Below are positions 1 to 12,398 of a stretch of 64,000 bases of DNA, piece by piece. Location: the NCBI GenBank assembly GCA_964106915.2, contig OZ066919.1. The stretch is one strand, 5' to 3'. The position numbers and the translations under genes are program-made. The notes under the pieces are model-generated. The model was given only the letters and a program-made list of their open reading frames with translations, searched no databases and was not told the DNA's origin. The first letter of the stretch is position 1. Each line of letters begins with the position of its first letter. Origin of the DNA: Podarcis gaigeae (taxonomy: Eukaryota).

Positions 1-250
1 ATCTTTTTCTTCTTAATACTCTAACTATCTCCTTCTCTTCTTTGTACATGATACATTTTAGGTCCCGATAAAAAAGCAACAGCCCCTTGCATAGAAACCT
101 GTTGTCGTGGTGCTCAATTTTCTCTGCAACAGCAGCATAAGAATTCTCTCTTCCAGCTCTTTCAGCCAAACAACACATCTCCTCAAACCAAGGATTATTA
201 CATGGGATGAATGCAGTTATTCTCAACACGCAAGCATAAACACCTATTTA

Positions 251-370
251 ATAGAAACAGTCATAGAGTTGGAAAGGATCCTAAGGATCATCTAGTCCAG
301 CCCCCTGCAATGCAGGCATATGCAGCTGTTCCTTAATGGGGAATCAAACCTTTGATCTTGGGTTTCTCAA
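251..370 (-). mobile_element. CR1-type 3' end, probably a tRNA-headed SINE with a CR1 tail
   Basis: ATAGAAACAGTCATAGAGTTGGAAAGGATCC...TCATCTAGTCCAGCCCCCTGCAATGCAGG is the reverse complement of a squamate CR1 3' end. It is followed by a B-box-like GGAATCAAACC. A similar copy lies at 35521. Confidence 0.6.
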
Positions 371-1582
371 GCTGCATCTTTGTGGTTCCATACAATTGTT
401 TATATGTGGATAGATATGTTTTGCCGGGTGGGATGGTGAGTGGTGATTATGTGTGACTGGATAGATGAATTGAAGTGGTGTGTGTATTTGTGTGTGAAAG
501 AGGGGAGTGTGTGAGAGTTGACTCTGGCCCTGCCCACCATTAGCATTCTCTCAAAAGTTTACTCTCAATGAAATGCAGCCATTGGTGGGGGGGGAAATGT
601 TCCCCAGTCCTGATCTAGTGCTTCACTTCAATTCTATCTCCTTTTCTCTCTATCTGGCCAAAGCACACATGATGTAGAAGATCCACCATGGGATTGCCAT
701 GGGATTTTTGGTGTGAGTTAATTTTAAAGCAGCTATAGTGTTGATCACAGTAGTAGTGTTTGGTAGGAGGAGATGTTCAGCCTTTTCCCTCCATGCAGTT
801 TTTCTGATCTAAACTCCCTCCACTTGTCCCTTACTACCACCAGTATAGGGAAAAAATATAGGTACAGTATATGCACCTCTATAATAGGTTATGTAAATTA
901 GGGAAATGGTATAGAGAAAAAAGGTTTTTTAAAACAACAAAAAACCTTTGCTGCTATCACAGCTCCAATAAATATCAGGACACTGACACACACACTTTAA
1001 AATAAACAAAAATCTTGGGAGATCTACTTGTAGATCTCCTGTGACACATCTATTCTGGCCCTAAGCTAGCTTTGCTAGCTATGATACTTCATCTTTTCTT
1101 GGTGAAAAATGATAAAACTTTGATCCTTCATGAAATTTGGGAAATATGCAAGTTTGGGTATCTTACAATAATTGGCTAGGCCTTTCCCCCAACAGTGTCA
1201 ATTATGCAAGTATCTCCTCCTGTTAAAAGAAATCATTTCCTCCTTCCTTTTTTTGTATTGTGCAGGTCATAATTTCATAGATCAGAGTTGGGAATTACTC
1301 TTTCATTCTTAAAAATTACCTTTGTGGACCACATGATGGAGCAGGAAACCCTTCTGGTCATGACCCAAAACAGCACTATACAGGTGCACATTTATTGTTT
1401 TTGTGGATTGAAACCTGGTGGTGTTTATCATTACATTTTAGTATTCATCATTACTGACTACCTTTAACTTTAGCTATCCAAGCAGTAACAAAGTTCCCTT
1501 ATTTTTTTGAGTGGTGTCCAGTGATGCCTCACCTGTATCATGAGAACTTGAATGATGACAGCAAGAGTCAGGGCTGAAGAAT

Positions 1583-1690
1583 TTAGGAACAAGGAAGCAG
1601 CCTTATACTGTACTAAATAAAATTGTCCATCTACCCCAATAGTCTCTTCTGGCTGGCAGCATCTTTCAGGCAGGAGTCTTTCACATTCCC
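1583..1690 (-). mobile_element. degraded tRNA-derived SINE 3' part (Squam2-like, tentative)
   Basis: TAGGAACAAGGAAGCAGCCTTATAC...GTCCATCTA...TTTCAGGCAGGAG aligns with the full copy at 60786-60980. Confidence 0.55.
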
Positions 1691-2909
1691 TGTTTCCCTG
1701 ATCTTATAGATGTGGCTGTTGAAACTGTTTCTGCTGTGAATTCTCCAAAGCTCTCTGGGGGTCTAAAGCCTCTTCTAAGTTCTCAGCAGCTGGCAAAATA
1801 TTTATTTTTGGGTACGTACAAATATCTTAATTTGAGGCAGTGTAGGATGTTCAGAGCGAGGTGGAAATGTTTTCACTTAACTGTTTGATGTTGCAAGATA
1901 TTTCATTCTCCATCATGCCAGCGTGTGGGTGTCTAACATTCTGGGCTTGTACAATTTTCTTACTGTGATCAACCCTGTAGTTTGACAATGATTTTTCCAA
2001 CAGGTAAGTCACAAGAGGCTTAGCAGTTTCTTTCTCTTCAGGAGGGACACTATTGCTTTGTGATTTTCCTGGAGTCTGTGAAATGTGTCTACAATGTCCA
2101 ATGGTGAGTGGAGCATTCAGAAGGATGTATGATTAAAAAAAAATCCATGGAAGCAGGGACTTTGATAAATCTGCAAGCAAGTTTTCTAAGATTCAAACTT
2201 CTCTTCTGTCATGATAAATAATCTCAAAGGCACAAAACATGTTTCCAGATAGCACTGGTTGTCTGTCTGAAGAGGGGTATATAGATAAGATTTAGCAGAG
2301 CACAGATTATTGTACTTAACACCTACTTTCAATAAAATATTGGGTAACTTTCTTTCTCTTCTAAGTGAATGTCTGTGTGTCTGTTTTTTTCCTGATCTCT
2401 ATGTGCAAATTATATATAGTTTGCCACTAAATATTGTAAAACATTTTCCTGGTTCTGAAATGCATATTTTAAAATGATAAAAAGGCAACTGGGAGGTGGT
2501 GGGATAGAATCTCAAGCACCTAATAGGCTTATCCCTAACACATAGGTGGGCTTTGCTATACCTAAACCACTGCTTTCTGACCCTTATTCAGCTTACTCTT
2601 GCAGCCATCAAAGAAAGGAGACTCTATAATTTCCTTGTGTTACTTTTTTATCCCTTATCTGTTACAGGAAATGTTTCCTAATATCTTATCTACTTGATCT
2701 AAATTCCCCATCACCACCGGTAGAGTTTTGGAATCACCTGTTGGTATTGGCCTGTAGCCTAGGAACCACACATTTGTAGCTATTTTTCTTTATTTTCTTC
2801 TAGGTTTGTATCTTGCCTTATCGCTGAGGTCTCAAGCTGGCAAACAAAAGCAAATATTAAAAACAACCAGGAGAAATAACAATAAAAACAGATGCCATCA
2901 AAAGGACAA

Positions 2910-3790
2910 AAGGGCTCTTGAGATTGTGCTGGGCACCTAAAAGAGTATAATGCCAGCAGTTGATGAACACAATATGAGAAAAAGGTTGAAATTTTGAGTC
3001 CCATCCCAGAAAAGACCCTGTCTCATTTCTGGTAGCTGTGGACTGAACTTCATGTGGCAGAAGCACTTGGACGGACAGGCTTATATAGGAGAAGATAGTC
3101 CTTCAGCTACTCAGATTCTAGGCTGATCAAGGCTTTAAATGCCCAAACCATCATGTTGAATAGTAGACACTAGCATAGTACTTTACTTTACTTTACTTTA
3201 CTTTACTTTACTTTACTTTACTTTACTTTACTTTACTTTACTTTACTTAGCATAGGTAGTGTCCTTCATCTGTTAGGATCACAATTTGGTATACAAAATT
3301 CATTTTAAAATGACAATGAACCTAATCTTAAAAATAAACCAATGACTGCAACCAAATGGTTAAAACAACAATCCAGTGACTATATTTCTGCAGCAAACCA
3401 AACATTTCAGTTTCAGCTAGTATCATCAAACAGCTCAACTCAATATCCTTCCATGTTCATCCCAGCCTAGATGCAAAGGTAAGTTTCAAGGCAATGATGG
3501 AGCCTCACAAACAAAATATGCCATACGTGCCTCCAGGGAGTTGCATGTTCATAGTGAATGTTGCCAGTTAACAATTTGGCCTTCACATTTGATCCTGGTG
3601 TAATTTCTGTACTGTCTTCAAAGTCAGCTCCATGTGCAATTCATTACAGTAATCTATCTTGGATATAACTAGGCCATGGATTACTGTATCTAGATATTTT
3701 TTCTTCAGAGAGAGATGTAGACTGTATGCTACGCTGACACTGGTAAAAGACTCAGCAAGCTATCATTGTGAGCACCCACTAATAAAGTTA
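2910..3790 (-). mobile_element. old L2 LINE fragment (C-terminal ORF2 region)
   Basis: The reverse complement of ~3580-3690 translates DTVIHGLVISKIDYCNELHMELTLKTVQKL, matching the L2 motif [28 protein letters not shown]. L2-like 3' sequence lies at 2910-3160. The fragment is interrupted and degenerate. Confidence 0.7.
3179..3248. repeat. (TACTT)n pentanucleotide microsatellite, ~14 units
   Basis: Perfect tandem array seen directly, flanked by TAGCATAG at 3171-3178 and 3248-3255. Confidence 0.95.
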
Positions 3791-3849
3791 GATTAAACAG
3801 AACTCCAGACTGGGCCTCAATACATTTCAGTTTTTAAGACTTGCTAATT

Positions 3850-4035
3850 GCATTTATATCATTTTCTTCCTTTAAGGTGTTCAGGGTAGTAAAGGAGTGA
3901 TCCATTCTCTCCCCCTTACTGTCCCACAACAAAGCTGTGAGGTTGGTTAGGGTGTAAGAGAATGACTGTCTCAGGATCACTCAGGGATCTTCATAACTGA
4001 TCAAGAAAAGCCTAGGTCTCTACACCCTCTATCAG
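3850..4035 (-). mobile_element. old Squam3/Ther1(MIR)-like CORE SINE
   Basis: CCCACAACAAAGCTGTGAGGTTGGTTAGG...TGACTGTCTCAGGATCACTCAG resembles the core of the young copy at 51183-51438. Confidence 0.6.
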
Positions 4036-4075
4036 GAGTTTCCTGTGGTAGAATTCTCATCAGAATCAGTGCATT

Positions 4076-4149
4076 TTGTCTTGTCACTTGGGCATCAATA
4101 ACTAATTTTAAAATTTGCATTTGTCATTGATGCCCAAGTGACCAGACAA
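4076..4149. repeat. inverted repeat/hairpin, 24-bp arms with 1 mismatch and a 26-nt spacer
   Basis: TTGTCTTGTCACTTGGGCATCAAT (4076-4099) pairs with ATTGATGCCCAAGTGACCAGACAA (4126-4149). Confidence 0.9.
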
Positions 4150-5077
4150 GAATTCTTGGTGTGGCTCTTGATGGAAGAAGCAATACATGCTTTTTTGCAA
4201 ATAAAATCCCATTGTATGTGGTGCTAGTGAGCAGTGGTTCTATATCTTTAGAACTGAACATTGGAGTGCCTACAAAAGTTTCACATAGAATTAGTTCTGG
4301 GTATTTTTTCCTGCAAAAGGTAATAATTTTAACGTTTATCTGATCCTTTTCAGTTTTGCTTTCTTTATATGTGGCTCTCAGTATTGTATAAACTTAGTCA
4401 CGTCTTAACCTCTTTTCCCCATCTGCGCGTGTGAACTAGACTCACCTTGCTCCACAACATAAGCTGTGGTGTGGGAAATAGCCATTATTGGTGACAGCTG
4501 CTTGAGAAAGTCTGAGAACAGTGGGGAAGCATGCCATTGGGCCATGGTTCTGAAGGCAGCCATGCTCTAGATTACATTTCAGGAGCCACTCCTAGGCATT
4601 TTCAGTAGCACTGCCCATTCCTGCCAGCTGCTCCCCCCCTCTTTCCTCTGAGCATGGTCAGTCAAGCATGCTAATTTTCCAGCAGAAGTGTTGTCATAAT
4701 TAGGCAGCTTGTCTGAGGGTTTAGTGGTACTTAACCAGATGTGAAAAGGCTGGTCCCCTGGTCCTGGCTTGCTCACAGGAGCTTTTGCCAGATGCCTTGT
4801 CACTGATGTTCACGCTGCCCGTAATGGGCTGCCAAGCTCCCTTTCCCACTGTTTGCCTCTCCTTTTATGCTAAGCATGCATCTGAAAACTTTGTCCACAA
4901 CCCTCTTATTTGGTTGCCTTCTTAATAAATTTGAAACAACTAGAAAACGGGGCCTGTGTGAGGAGGTTGGAAATCCCTTGTACAAAGCAGGAGACAAATT
5001 TAGGTAGGAAGAATGATAGAAGCACGCTTTTACTAACAGAGAACTACTTTCATAGAGCAGTATATGAAAGTATATGA

Positions 5078-6260
5078 GGCAGGGCCATAGTTCTGTGGCA
5101 GAGCATCTGTTTTGTGGCCAGAAGGACCCAGGTTCAATGTCTAGCATCTCCAGGTAGGTCTGGGAGTGTTCCCTGTCTGAAACCCTGGAGGGCTGCTTTT
5201 CAGACAGACCCACATTTCCTTCTGAGCAACCTTGTGGCGGGTGGGACCAGAGGCAAAAGTGGGTAGAGCAACACCCCTCCCCCTGTATCCTCCACCCAAG
5301 CAAACATGAGGCATTATTGTAGTCCAAGGATATTCTGCCCAGCCAGAATTGTTCAAGCAGGCCACAGAGCAGGTCTGGTGAGGGTTGAGGCCTTGGGACA
5401 GAGGGCGTGGCTGAGGAGGAACTATGACCTGAGGAGAAACTCAAGATCCAGATAGAGAGGCATTTGGCCCCTGGGCCTGAACAGAAGAGGATTTATGGCA
5501 GCCCTACTGGTTCCTCCGCACTGGACACTGAACCTAGGGGGTTCTGAAGGGCATTGCAACTATGACATAGCGAATTAAGCAGAATGGAAGGTGAGAGGTG
5601 GGGGGCACTGAATTTTGACCTTGTACCGGGCTCTGCTGAAAGATTGAAAGAGCAAAGTCTGCCCCTGGCCTGAGGTTCCCCATCCCTAGTGTTAAGCAGA
5701 GTTTAGTTAGTCAGGGCGACTCATATTTTCATACCAAGTGTGCCGCAAAAGTACTTCGGCACAGAAGCCACGAGCTACACGCTGCCTTGTCATGCTGGGG
5801 GGGGGAGTGAGGCCAAAATTTGACACACACACACACTTACAACCTTGCATTGCCTTCCCAAAGCCAGGAAAGTGCTAACTGGGCTTTAGAAAGGAGGTGG
5901 GAGGACTCTAGAACCCTGTCAGAGCAATCATGCCTCCGTCCCAAAGCCCATCTCCTTCATTATCCTGCTTTGGGAAGGTGGCACAAGGGCTGAGGGACGT
6001 CACACGTTGCTGAGGGATGTGTGTGGTCCTTGGGCCATGCATTGGACCACCCAGAGCTAGATGGACCAAGGGTCTGACTCTCTAGAAGGCTGCATACCCA
6101 TTACTGTTTCCTGTGGCTCCAGTGTGCTCCCACCACTGGCCTTTGAAGCCAAGTGCACCTGATGTCGGCCACAATCTATGTGTATCTCTGTAGGGGACCA
6201 GGACCCACAACTTGGCTTTGTTTTAAGCTGCTTAGCCTAAGACAGCTTCCTATGTTCCTA
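5078..6260 (+). mobile_element. tRNA-derived SINE (Squam2-like) split into three pieces by nested hAT-like MITEs
   Basis: The head (5078-~5210, A/B-box-like, GGTTCAATG), middle (6054-6090, GAGCTAGATGGACCAAGGGTCTGACTC) and tail (6238-6260, CAGCTTCCTATGTTCCTA) are colinear with the intact copy at 60786-60980. The intervening DNA has hAT-like termini such as GGTTCCCCATCCCTAG at ~5674-5689. Confidence 0.7.
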
Positions 6261-9200
6261 TATATATTTTGGAGAAGGGTGTAAACACCTTTTGTAGTAG
6301 TAGTCTGTCTCCAGAGATAGGACATCTCTGATTTGTATGACGCTCCCCTGTTTAGCCAGTCCTGTCTTTAGGCCCAATTCATATGGTCAGTTGAGGTCAC
6401 CGTGGCTGGCTTCCTCTGACAAGCACAGCATTCATTTCATAAAGAACAATAGCTGATTTGCAATGACTTTTCAAACAAGTAAGTATCCTATGATAATTAC
6501 AGCTACACATGGTAAACAGGGTGGTGAGCCAATCCTGTCATTCTAATATTAAATTCCTTTCCTGACAGAAGCGTCTCCTGATGCATCTGAGGGGTGTGCC
6601 AGATCTAGCTGGTGGGAAATAGGGTAATTTGCTATCAGTAATTTTATACTTCTTCTCCTGGTAATGAGAGACTAGCTTTAACTTTGGTATAGAATATTAT
6701 GAAACAGCCCCCAGATTTTCCAAGCAATGCATTTAAATCAGATTGGGCACATACTCAACACCAGCTAGCATAAAAACTTTGAGACACTTTAATTACTCCT
6801 TGCACAATCCAGGGTAGTTAAAGAGTGAGAAAATAACAGATTTCTCCCCTCTTCTCAATGCATGCTGATGGATGGATTGTAAATGGCTGGCTACTACATA
6901 GATTGCACCCTAGGTTAAATGCACAAGTCTGAGATTTCATAATTTTTTCACAAGAAGTGTAGGGTGCATGTGTCTGGTTTTGTTTTGAAGCATTGATCCA
7001 GGTTACCTTAGTATCAAGATATACTCCTTAGGGGTCCAGTCGGGCGTGTTGCACACGTTCTCGCACAAAAAGTCTTTGCTATCTAAAGAATGAGCACTTG
7101 TTTTGCAGGGAATTTCTGCATTTTATGAGTACTAAAGGGGGGTGAAATTTGGTGTGCCTTGGTTTCTGAAATACCTGAATGTTCAACCTAGAGGGAGCTC
7201 TGTTACACAGAGAAGATTAACTGCTATTCACATAGCAGTTGCTTTTACAGAATCCAATTATTACTGTTGTTATTTAAAAATTTTATGTGGCTTTTCAACC
7301 AACCCCCGCCCCACAGCCCCCTTTGCAGATGGATAATATACTAGCTACAAAAACTTTCTTGGTTCCTCTCATTCTTCCATTTTGTTATATTATTGGAATG
7401 TCAGCATGTCATCCATAATGTTACCAAGTAGTGTTTTCTGATAGTTTTCTTGGGTCATGGTTTGTAGCAGCCATGTCTAGTAATAAAGTGTGACCTCTGA
7501 AGCTTCTGGCACAGCAAAGCTGCCGTTATCCCAAGTGCAGCACTTTAGCATTGCCTTCAGGAGTGAACGGAAGCTGTTCACTTATATGGGAGAGGAAAAG
7601 AGTGCGCTTTGGGGTTTGTCCTGTGCTATACCTGAGCCTCATGCTCCGGTTTCTGGGTCAGAGGTAAGGTGCCCTGCCGTTGAGTTTCTTCCAAAGTACA
7701 GCCTATTTGTCTTGTCCCATAAAACTTAGTGGAAGCCATTATGAACTGAAGCACCGTTTCCATAGCCCTAGCCCACAGTCCTGTGCTGAATTCTGTTTAG
7801 AGTTACATTCCAGAGTGAGACTATCCTCTTTTGGTGTAATAATTAGGATCAGGCAAAGTGGGGATGAGGATGCTAGCTTCACTGTTTCCTTCAAATGTGA
7901 AGATTTGAAGTGGGAAGCCTGGTACTCGTAGGAGCTGTGCATGTGAGTTTCAGTGGACAGGGGTGGAAGAACGGAAATTCATGCTGGCGCCTTCTCCCTG
8001 CAGCTCCTGGGCCTGCCTCCAGGTGAGAGAAATAGAATGTTGTTCCACTTTCCCCATTGTTCGTTATTGGGCCACTTCACTGTCAGGTGTGATAGGCAGG
8101 TGTCATCCCCAAGTGTAGCATTTTGCATTTCCCATAGAGACAGAATGATTGCCATTATCTGAGGGTGCGTCCAGAAGAGAGCTCTTATGTGCAGTTGAAA
8201 CATCACTCTTAGGACCCACCTTGTTTTTGTGATTGTAATAATTTTAAACTGTTCTTAATATTGCATTTTAAATGGTTGTAACTTATCCTGGGATCTTAAG
8301 GTGAAGGGAGGATAAGTAGGAGTAGGAGTAGCAGCAGCAGCAGCATATTTTAAAAGCCCAGTTAATTTCAGATACAGTTAAGAGTGGGATAAGAGATGGT
8401 ATTATGATAGAGCAAGTTGGCATTTTGCAGAAACATAATCAGTTGCCTTTAATTTTCAATATAGTAGCAATTAACTCAGTTTTGTGTTTAGGGTATGTTC
8501 TAGCTTTGTAAGCTTTAGTTGGGTAGGAGGCACAGCCTAGGGTGGGCAATGCTGATTTTGAAAACACTGTCGAAGGGCAACAGAGGCCTTTGAATTCACC
8601 AGAGCTATCTTTGAAAGCTGCGCTTTTCTCTTTCTGCTAACAGGAAGTTAAATATATAAATCATTATTCAGGCATCTCTTCAAAGTTTGTCTGACTTGCT
8701 GAATTTCTAATCAGACAAAAATCAGAAAATGAAAAAGAAGAAGGAAAAAGGACAACACAAATTTTATTTTTTATTTTTTTCTCTTGCCCGACTAGGAAAG
8801 TACTGCTACGGCTGCAGCTCTACATACCTCTTGTACTCCTTGCCTCTCCACATAATACACCCATTCCCACCCCTCCCACATGGAGCCTTAGGCCTTTCCT
8901 AAGCTGCTTGGCGTGGTCTCACTTTCTTCAGCAACATTCTAACTTCTAAGAGGCTTAATAGCTAGGGAGATTTGGAGGGGAGTGAAAAGGTGGGGGTTTC
9001 TCTCTCTTTTTCAGCCCTGGCTTTAAGGAGTTTATTTTCTTAAGCTTATTGGGAAGAATATCGAGTGGACTAGTAAGGAGGTTGTGACGGGCAGGCTTTT
9101 TCCAGGATTTGGGAATGTTAAATGCACATGCTGCATTGTGGGCAGTTTTCTTCAAAAATTTCCTGGGGAGTTTCTAACCACTTCTCCCAGCTTATTTGAT

Positions 9201-9409
9201 CACTTAGCTCATTTCTGCAGCCAGGTTGATTGCCAGTGAAATTAACTCTCTGTCCTCATTGTGTAGGGTGGGGTGGTGACAGAAATTACCTCAAAAAGAA
9301 AAGTATAAACCGTGTCACATAAAATGAAGGAGAACCAGGATAGTGACAGGACAAAGAAATGACAGGACAAAGAATGCCCCTCTAGGGTGAGAGGACTTCT
9401 TATTGTGAA

Positions 9410-9535
9410 ACTTCCCCAACTTGATGCCTTCCAGATGTTTTCAACTACATCTCCCATCAACCCCAGCCAGCATGGTAAGGGATGACTGAAATTGTAGTCC
9501 TAAACATCTAGAGGGTTCTGATTGTGAAAGGCTGT
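9410..9535. mobile_element. short palindromic MITE (CCAGATGTT...AACATCTAGAGGG family)
   Basis: Imperfect inverted arms CCTTCCAGATGTTTTCAACTACA / TGTAGTCCTAAACATCTAGAGGG. A related copy lies at 19144-19243. Confidence 0.6.
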
Positions 9536-9984
9536 TGCAGTGGAATGAACCACTGTTGTTACTTTTAACTTGCTTTGTATAAGCTTCTCTGAAAATGTGT
9601 TTTCATTAGAGGATGGGATATACATTCATAAAATGAAATAAGTGATTGCCCATTGGACTTTACAATGAGATATTCAGGGAACTCTGGGACTCAGTTTGTT
9701 TACCAACCCTGAGTGCATTGTGGCAATGCCAAGAAGGAACAAAAGTAAGATGACAAAATTTGGGTCACACTCTATCACAAGACAGGCCTTCCCTTGATTA
9801 TCTTACACGAGCTCTTAAGTCTGTTGGCATCCTCTGTATCGTGTTAAAAGGTAGCTCACTTTATTATATTATTGGGCAGTGTCCAGGTAAGTCATTTGTG
9901 TAGCCAGGTAACTAACATATGGATGCTCAGCTCTGAGGGATGACAAATAATTTGGTCCAAGGCAGCTCTTTTATGGGATCTTAC

Positions 9985-10300
9985 AATTAGCAATTAAAGC
10001 ATAAAAAATAGTTCCAGGCAGCAACTGCTAAATAAACGCTTGTCACTACTGCTGACTGGGGCTGCTTTATTTCCCTGTGTGTTTCCGCCTCTCTGTATAA
10101 CTTACGGTGCTGTAAATGCACAGCAGCTGTTAATATGATTCTGTCGATACATTTACCATGGTGATTTGGCAGTATTTGGCGACTGTGTGAAGAAATCACT
10201 CACTGGTTGGAAGGCAAGAAAGACAAGCTGTCAATATCTCAGAAGAAATGCTAATAACCCTGGTGACAAATTGTCCCAGGAAGTCTCGAAGGGTTAAAAA
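9985..10300. promoter_or_regulatory. candidate conserved non-coding element (enhancer-like)
   Basis: Unique, repeat-free sequence with CAATTA/TAAATAAA, CAGCTG and CTGTCA (MEIS-type) motifs and retained CpGs. Conservation is inferred, not aligned. Confidence 0.4.
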
Positions 10301-12398
10301 AGAGAGAGCATTTCCAGAAACAAGGATTCTTGTTTTTGCTCAAGTGAAGAGAACTCATCTCTCCTAAAGCTGCTACCAACTGCTCTCTTGCTTTAGTTAC
10401 TGGTTGTTTTACTGAATAAATATTCATGGGCTTGTGTGAGTTGACTTAGACATGCTACTATATAGATTAAAGTGTGAGGGAGAGGAGATTCCTTGCAATG
10501 CGCTTCTGTCTGATTTGGAGCAATTCCTGATTCCCATTGCAGCCCCACACCCTCATACTGCATCCCACACCACTGAAGTAGCTGCCACAACCCACTCACC
10601 CTAGGAGAGTCTTGTCAAGAGGAGTTGTCTGCAAGGGGGACAAGGAAGTCCCCTTTTTCTGATCTTCCATTCATTCTATGGATCTCAGGATTCAGCCCTT
10701 GATGTGAAGTGAACATTTCACACAATGAATCATTTATTACTGTTTTTCGACCCCAAAAAGAACCCTTTAGACAAGCCTTAGATGAAACAAGGGTTCCTCT
10801 CCTCTCATTCCACATTCCACCTGCAGAGGCTAATAAGTTGTTTTTTTTTAATAGGGTTCCCAGATAACTTCTGTTTAAATATTTCTTGGAACATAACAGT
10901 AAATCAAATTACCACCCTTCACAATTTAATCACATGACTCAGGGTTTTTAAAAGAAGATTGTATCAGCATGAAATCAAAGGAGGACAAAGGCTTTGTTTC
11001 TCAAATTTCTGCTCCTTAAGTTTGGTGAAGAAAAACCTGAAAATGTGACCATAGGGCACAATAAAAATTAATAAACCAAAAGCAAAATGTCATTATTCTT
11101 AAACCACTCCAGCCTCTAAAGAAGTAAGGAGCCCTTAGGAGGGATGAAACATGTATTTTACAAATACCCTGAGCCCTGAAAACATACACAGTGCCTAAGT
11201 TGCAAATGAAAATATGAAAAATACATGATCACTGCTTTATTGTGTGCTGCATGCTTTCGAAATTGGAGATCCATCTGGCTCCCACATCTCTGATTTAGGA
11301 GTTTGGGATGTTTAGCAAGGTTTTAAGAAAACTTAGGAAGGAAAGAAACCACTTCAGAAGGTGAAGAGCCCTTAGGCTTTCTTAGTACAGGCATTTCCCC
11401 ACTTATGCACGATTTACTTGTGTGTGTGGTGCCAGGAAATAGATTCAAACCTGGGAATGATAGGAGAGAGCTGGAAAGTTCTTGTTGCTCATCATGAGAC
11501 CCTCCCCAGAGGCCGAGGAGGATGTCGGTGAGCCAAAAGTGCAGAAATAAAGATTTTAAAGGCTTAAAAAAGAAAAAAGAAAAAAATATGGGCTCCAAAA
11601 TGGCGCATGGGAGCTCTTGCTGATGTTACGCTATCCCACTCAACAGCTGTTGGGAGGGAAGCTGTGTTGCAGCGGGCTCAGACACACGGTTCCCTGCATT
11701 TTCTCGCACTGTGGAGGCAAAGGTACAGTATAAAACAAAAGGGCATTTCTGATGCCTCTTAAATCACTCTAGTTCCCTGCTTTGACGAGGCTCCCCACTT
11801 ACATGCATTTTGCTTATATGCACGGGCAGGGATGGTGGGCATTCTAGAAAGCATCCAGATTGGGAAAGGATGCTATAGCTCTCCTAGCCTTGCTTGTCTA
11901 GAAGTTTCTGTGACCATGCTCATTCCATGTGTCTTTGCATGTCCAAACTTTTGACAGGTCTGATATAACATACAGGTTTTTAATGAATGGTTTATTTCCT
12001 CTCATTTCCTCTTCCATGTGCAAATGTTCAATGTTCCTTTTCATCTGAGGGGATATCTAAGCATGAAAGGGTGCTGGTTCCACTGAGCCTGTCTCAGCCC
12101 CTTAACTGTGTTTATTGATGTACTCATTGTTCTATTAGCATTTTAGTGTTTTTGCAATCATGGCGATAAACAGATCCATAACTGTATCCTGCGGGTGTAG
12201 CTGCCCATGTACACTTAGATGCTGATGAGACCTCCATACAGAAAGTGTCTCCAGATGTGCCTCCTTGGCAGTGTGATACCAACATGCAGCGTCCCCTGCA
12301 ACCAGTGGCTAGGGGGAAACTGCAGGGTACTGGGGCAAGGAATAGGAACAAACTTTATCCAAAAAAAAAGTGCTGGAAAGCACCAGATTTTGCTGATA

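Noticed and set aside
4800-5444. 214-aa minus-strand ORF
   Set aside because: It runs through a SINE and a MITE, has no recognisable domain and starts at a non-ATG codon.
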